From: Ascidiella aspersa
Taxonomy: Eukaryota
NCBI GenBank assembly: GCA_963924565.1
Contig: OZ004614.1
Coordinates: 7,130,001-7,194,000, forward strand
Direction: 5' to 3'
DNA length: 64,000 bases
Shown: in pieces, positions 62,765 through 64,000 of the stretch
Numbering within the stretch: the first letter of the stretch is position 1
How the letters are laid out: each line of letters begins with the position of its first letter
Notes under the pieces: generated by a model
What the model was told of the DNA's origin: nothing
Database searches by the model: none
What the model saw: the letters and a program-made list of their open reading frames with translations, nothing else
Translations under genes and position numbers: made by a program

Positions 62765-63855
62765 AAAACCCTGGTGTGTTTTTCACTCGAAGTAAGAGTT
62801 ACCTTACCTCCAATGTCGCGTGCCATAAAAATGGTACTTTTTTTTCAAAGGCACCTTTAAATTATCTTCTTAAATTCCTAAACGCCACCCTTTTCCCTAG
62901 CAATTCTAGATAGAAATACAAACCTGTTTGTTTGGTTCATTGAACGTATTATGTTACTTTATCTGACACTTATATATTTTACTTAAGTCGTACGTTTGCC
63001 CCTTCTTTCACTTATACTGTCTGTCTGGGGTTAACGATTCCTTTATATTTCGCTGTCGAAGAAAATTGCTTACGCAAAACAGTTAACAAACTTTGTGCTT
63101 TCAACTGCTGTACTCCTTCCCGTCTATCTGCCTGCTTTCCTTGCTCGAAAATTAAAAAACCGTGTCACGTTTCTGAAGCCTCGGTATATTTTGAACTTTA
63201 AAACTCGCGACCGCGCAACAAGCAGGAAAAACGACACGACGACGACTCGACGACACACTTATAGCGCGAGTGATAATAAATCAACAATCGAAAAACGAAC
63301 GACGGCGATACCACTCGGTCGCCAAATGTGAAGGCGGACCGGAAAATCGCATCGGAAACTTGCAAACGGCCGCTTAATACGCTACGAAGAGATATGGTGC
63401 ACAATTCAAGCCGAAAGGGGCAAGATTGTTTCGGTGCGCGGGTGACAGTGATCTATACGGGAGCGACAGCGATTTGCACTGTCCAGCAGTCAGCGTTGCA
63501 AACGCCAAGAGCCGATGTGCAAGTCAAACAGTGTTGTGCTGTATGTGCGTGGTGTGCGTGCGTGTATTGGTGCGTGTGTGTGTGATTGCGATGGTGGAAA
63601 ACGTTGCACAGCATGTTGGGAAATCACTACTTCTTGACGATGCAATGCGATGGGACTGTAACACACGGGAACTTTGGAACAACAACAACAAGCAACGACG
63701 CACGACACGAAAATTCGGCAGCTAATTCTCCCCTGGTTTGTCGATTGGGCGAGCACAACGCCTGTGCCGTTGTTTTCGGTCGCCGTGAAACTTCTTCGAG
63801 TGTCGTTGATGCGTTTCACAGTGAAGTAGCGACGTCGCTATAACGCAAGGGCGGA

Positions 63856-63999
63856 TTATTGAACGTGATTATTTGACGCTCCCGGAACATCCCGGGCCCC
63901 GATTTTTTTCTCGTTTTCCTCTTCGGGATCTCTCTCCAACTTCAGCGTCGCCGGGAGTGCTCGACATTGTCTGCCAACCACGGGCTCCTCGCTTTTTTG
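63856..63999 (-). CDS. Possible 3' end of a coding exon of a neighbouring convergent gene (unknown product)
   Basis: Open from the window edge: QKSEEPVVGRQCRALPATLKLERDPEEENEKKIGARDVPGASNNHVQ*, followed by ~1 kb of UTR-like sequence with no recognisable transposons; no recognisable domain. Confidence 0.2.
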   Translation of the reverse strand, partial: QKSEEPVVGRQCRALPATLKLERDPEEENEKKIGARDVPGASNNHVQ

Positions 64000-64000
64000 C

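Overview
Eukaryotic (animal) AT-rich genomic DNA. A tunicate origin is a tentative inference. Positions 3.6-34.4 kb on the + strand hold the last nine coding exons of an exostosin-1 (EXT1-like) heparan-sulfate polymerase gene. They splice in frame through GT-AG introns to a TGA at 34411-34413; the large first exon lies upstream of the window. Relative to human EXT1, three introns are absent and two are new. The introns and the ~29 kb downstream are packed with non-autonomous DNA transposons: many hAT MITEs with 8-bp nnnTAnnn TSDs, a Buster/SPIN-type transposase remnant and a Tc1/mariner remnant. They also contain local tandem duplications, one tRNA-derived element and CpG-rich enhancer-like blocks. 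The most notable unannotated signal is a set of four sequence families of short non-coding insertions carrying minimal type-I hammerhead ribozyme cores (CUGANGA-stem II-GAAA-palindromic stem III-UH). They occur as tandem or inverted pairs, and several have 10-13 bp target-site duplications, suggesting Penelope-dependent or retrozyme-like RNA mobile elements. In the three complete inverted pairs, one ribozyme copy is disabled at the same CpG.
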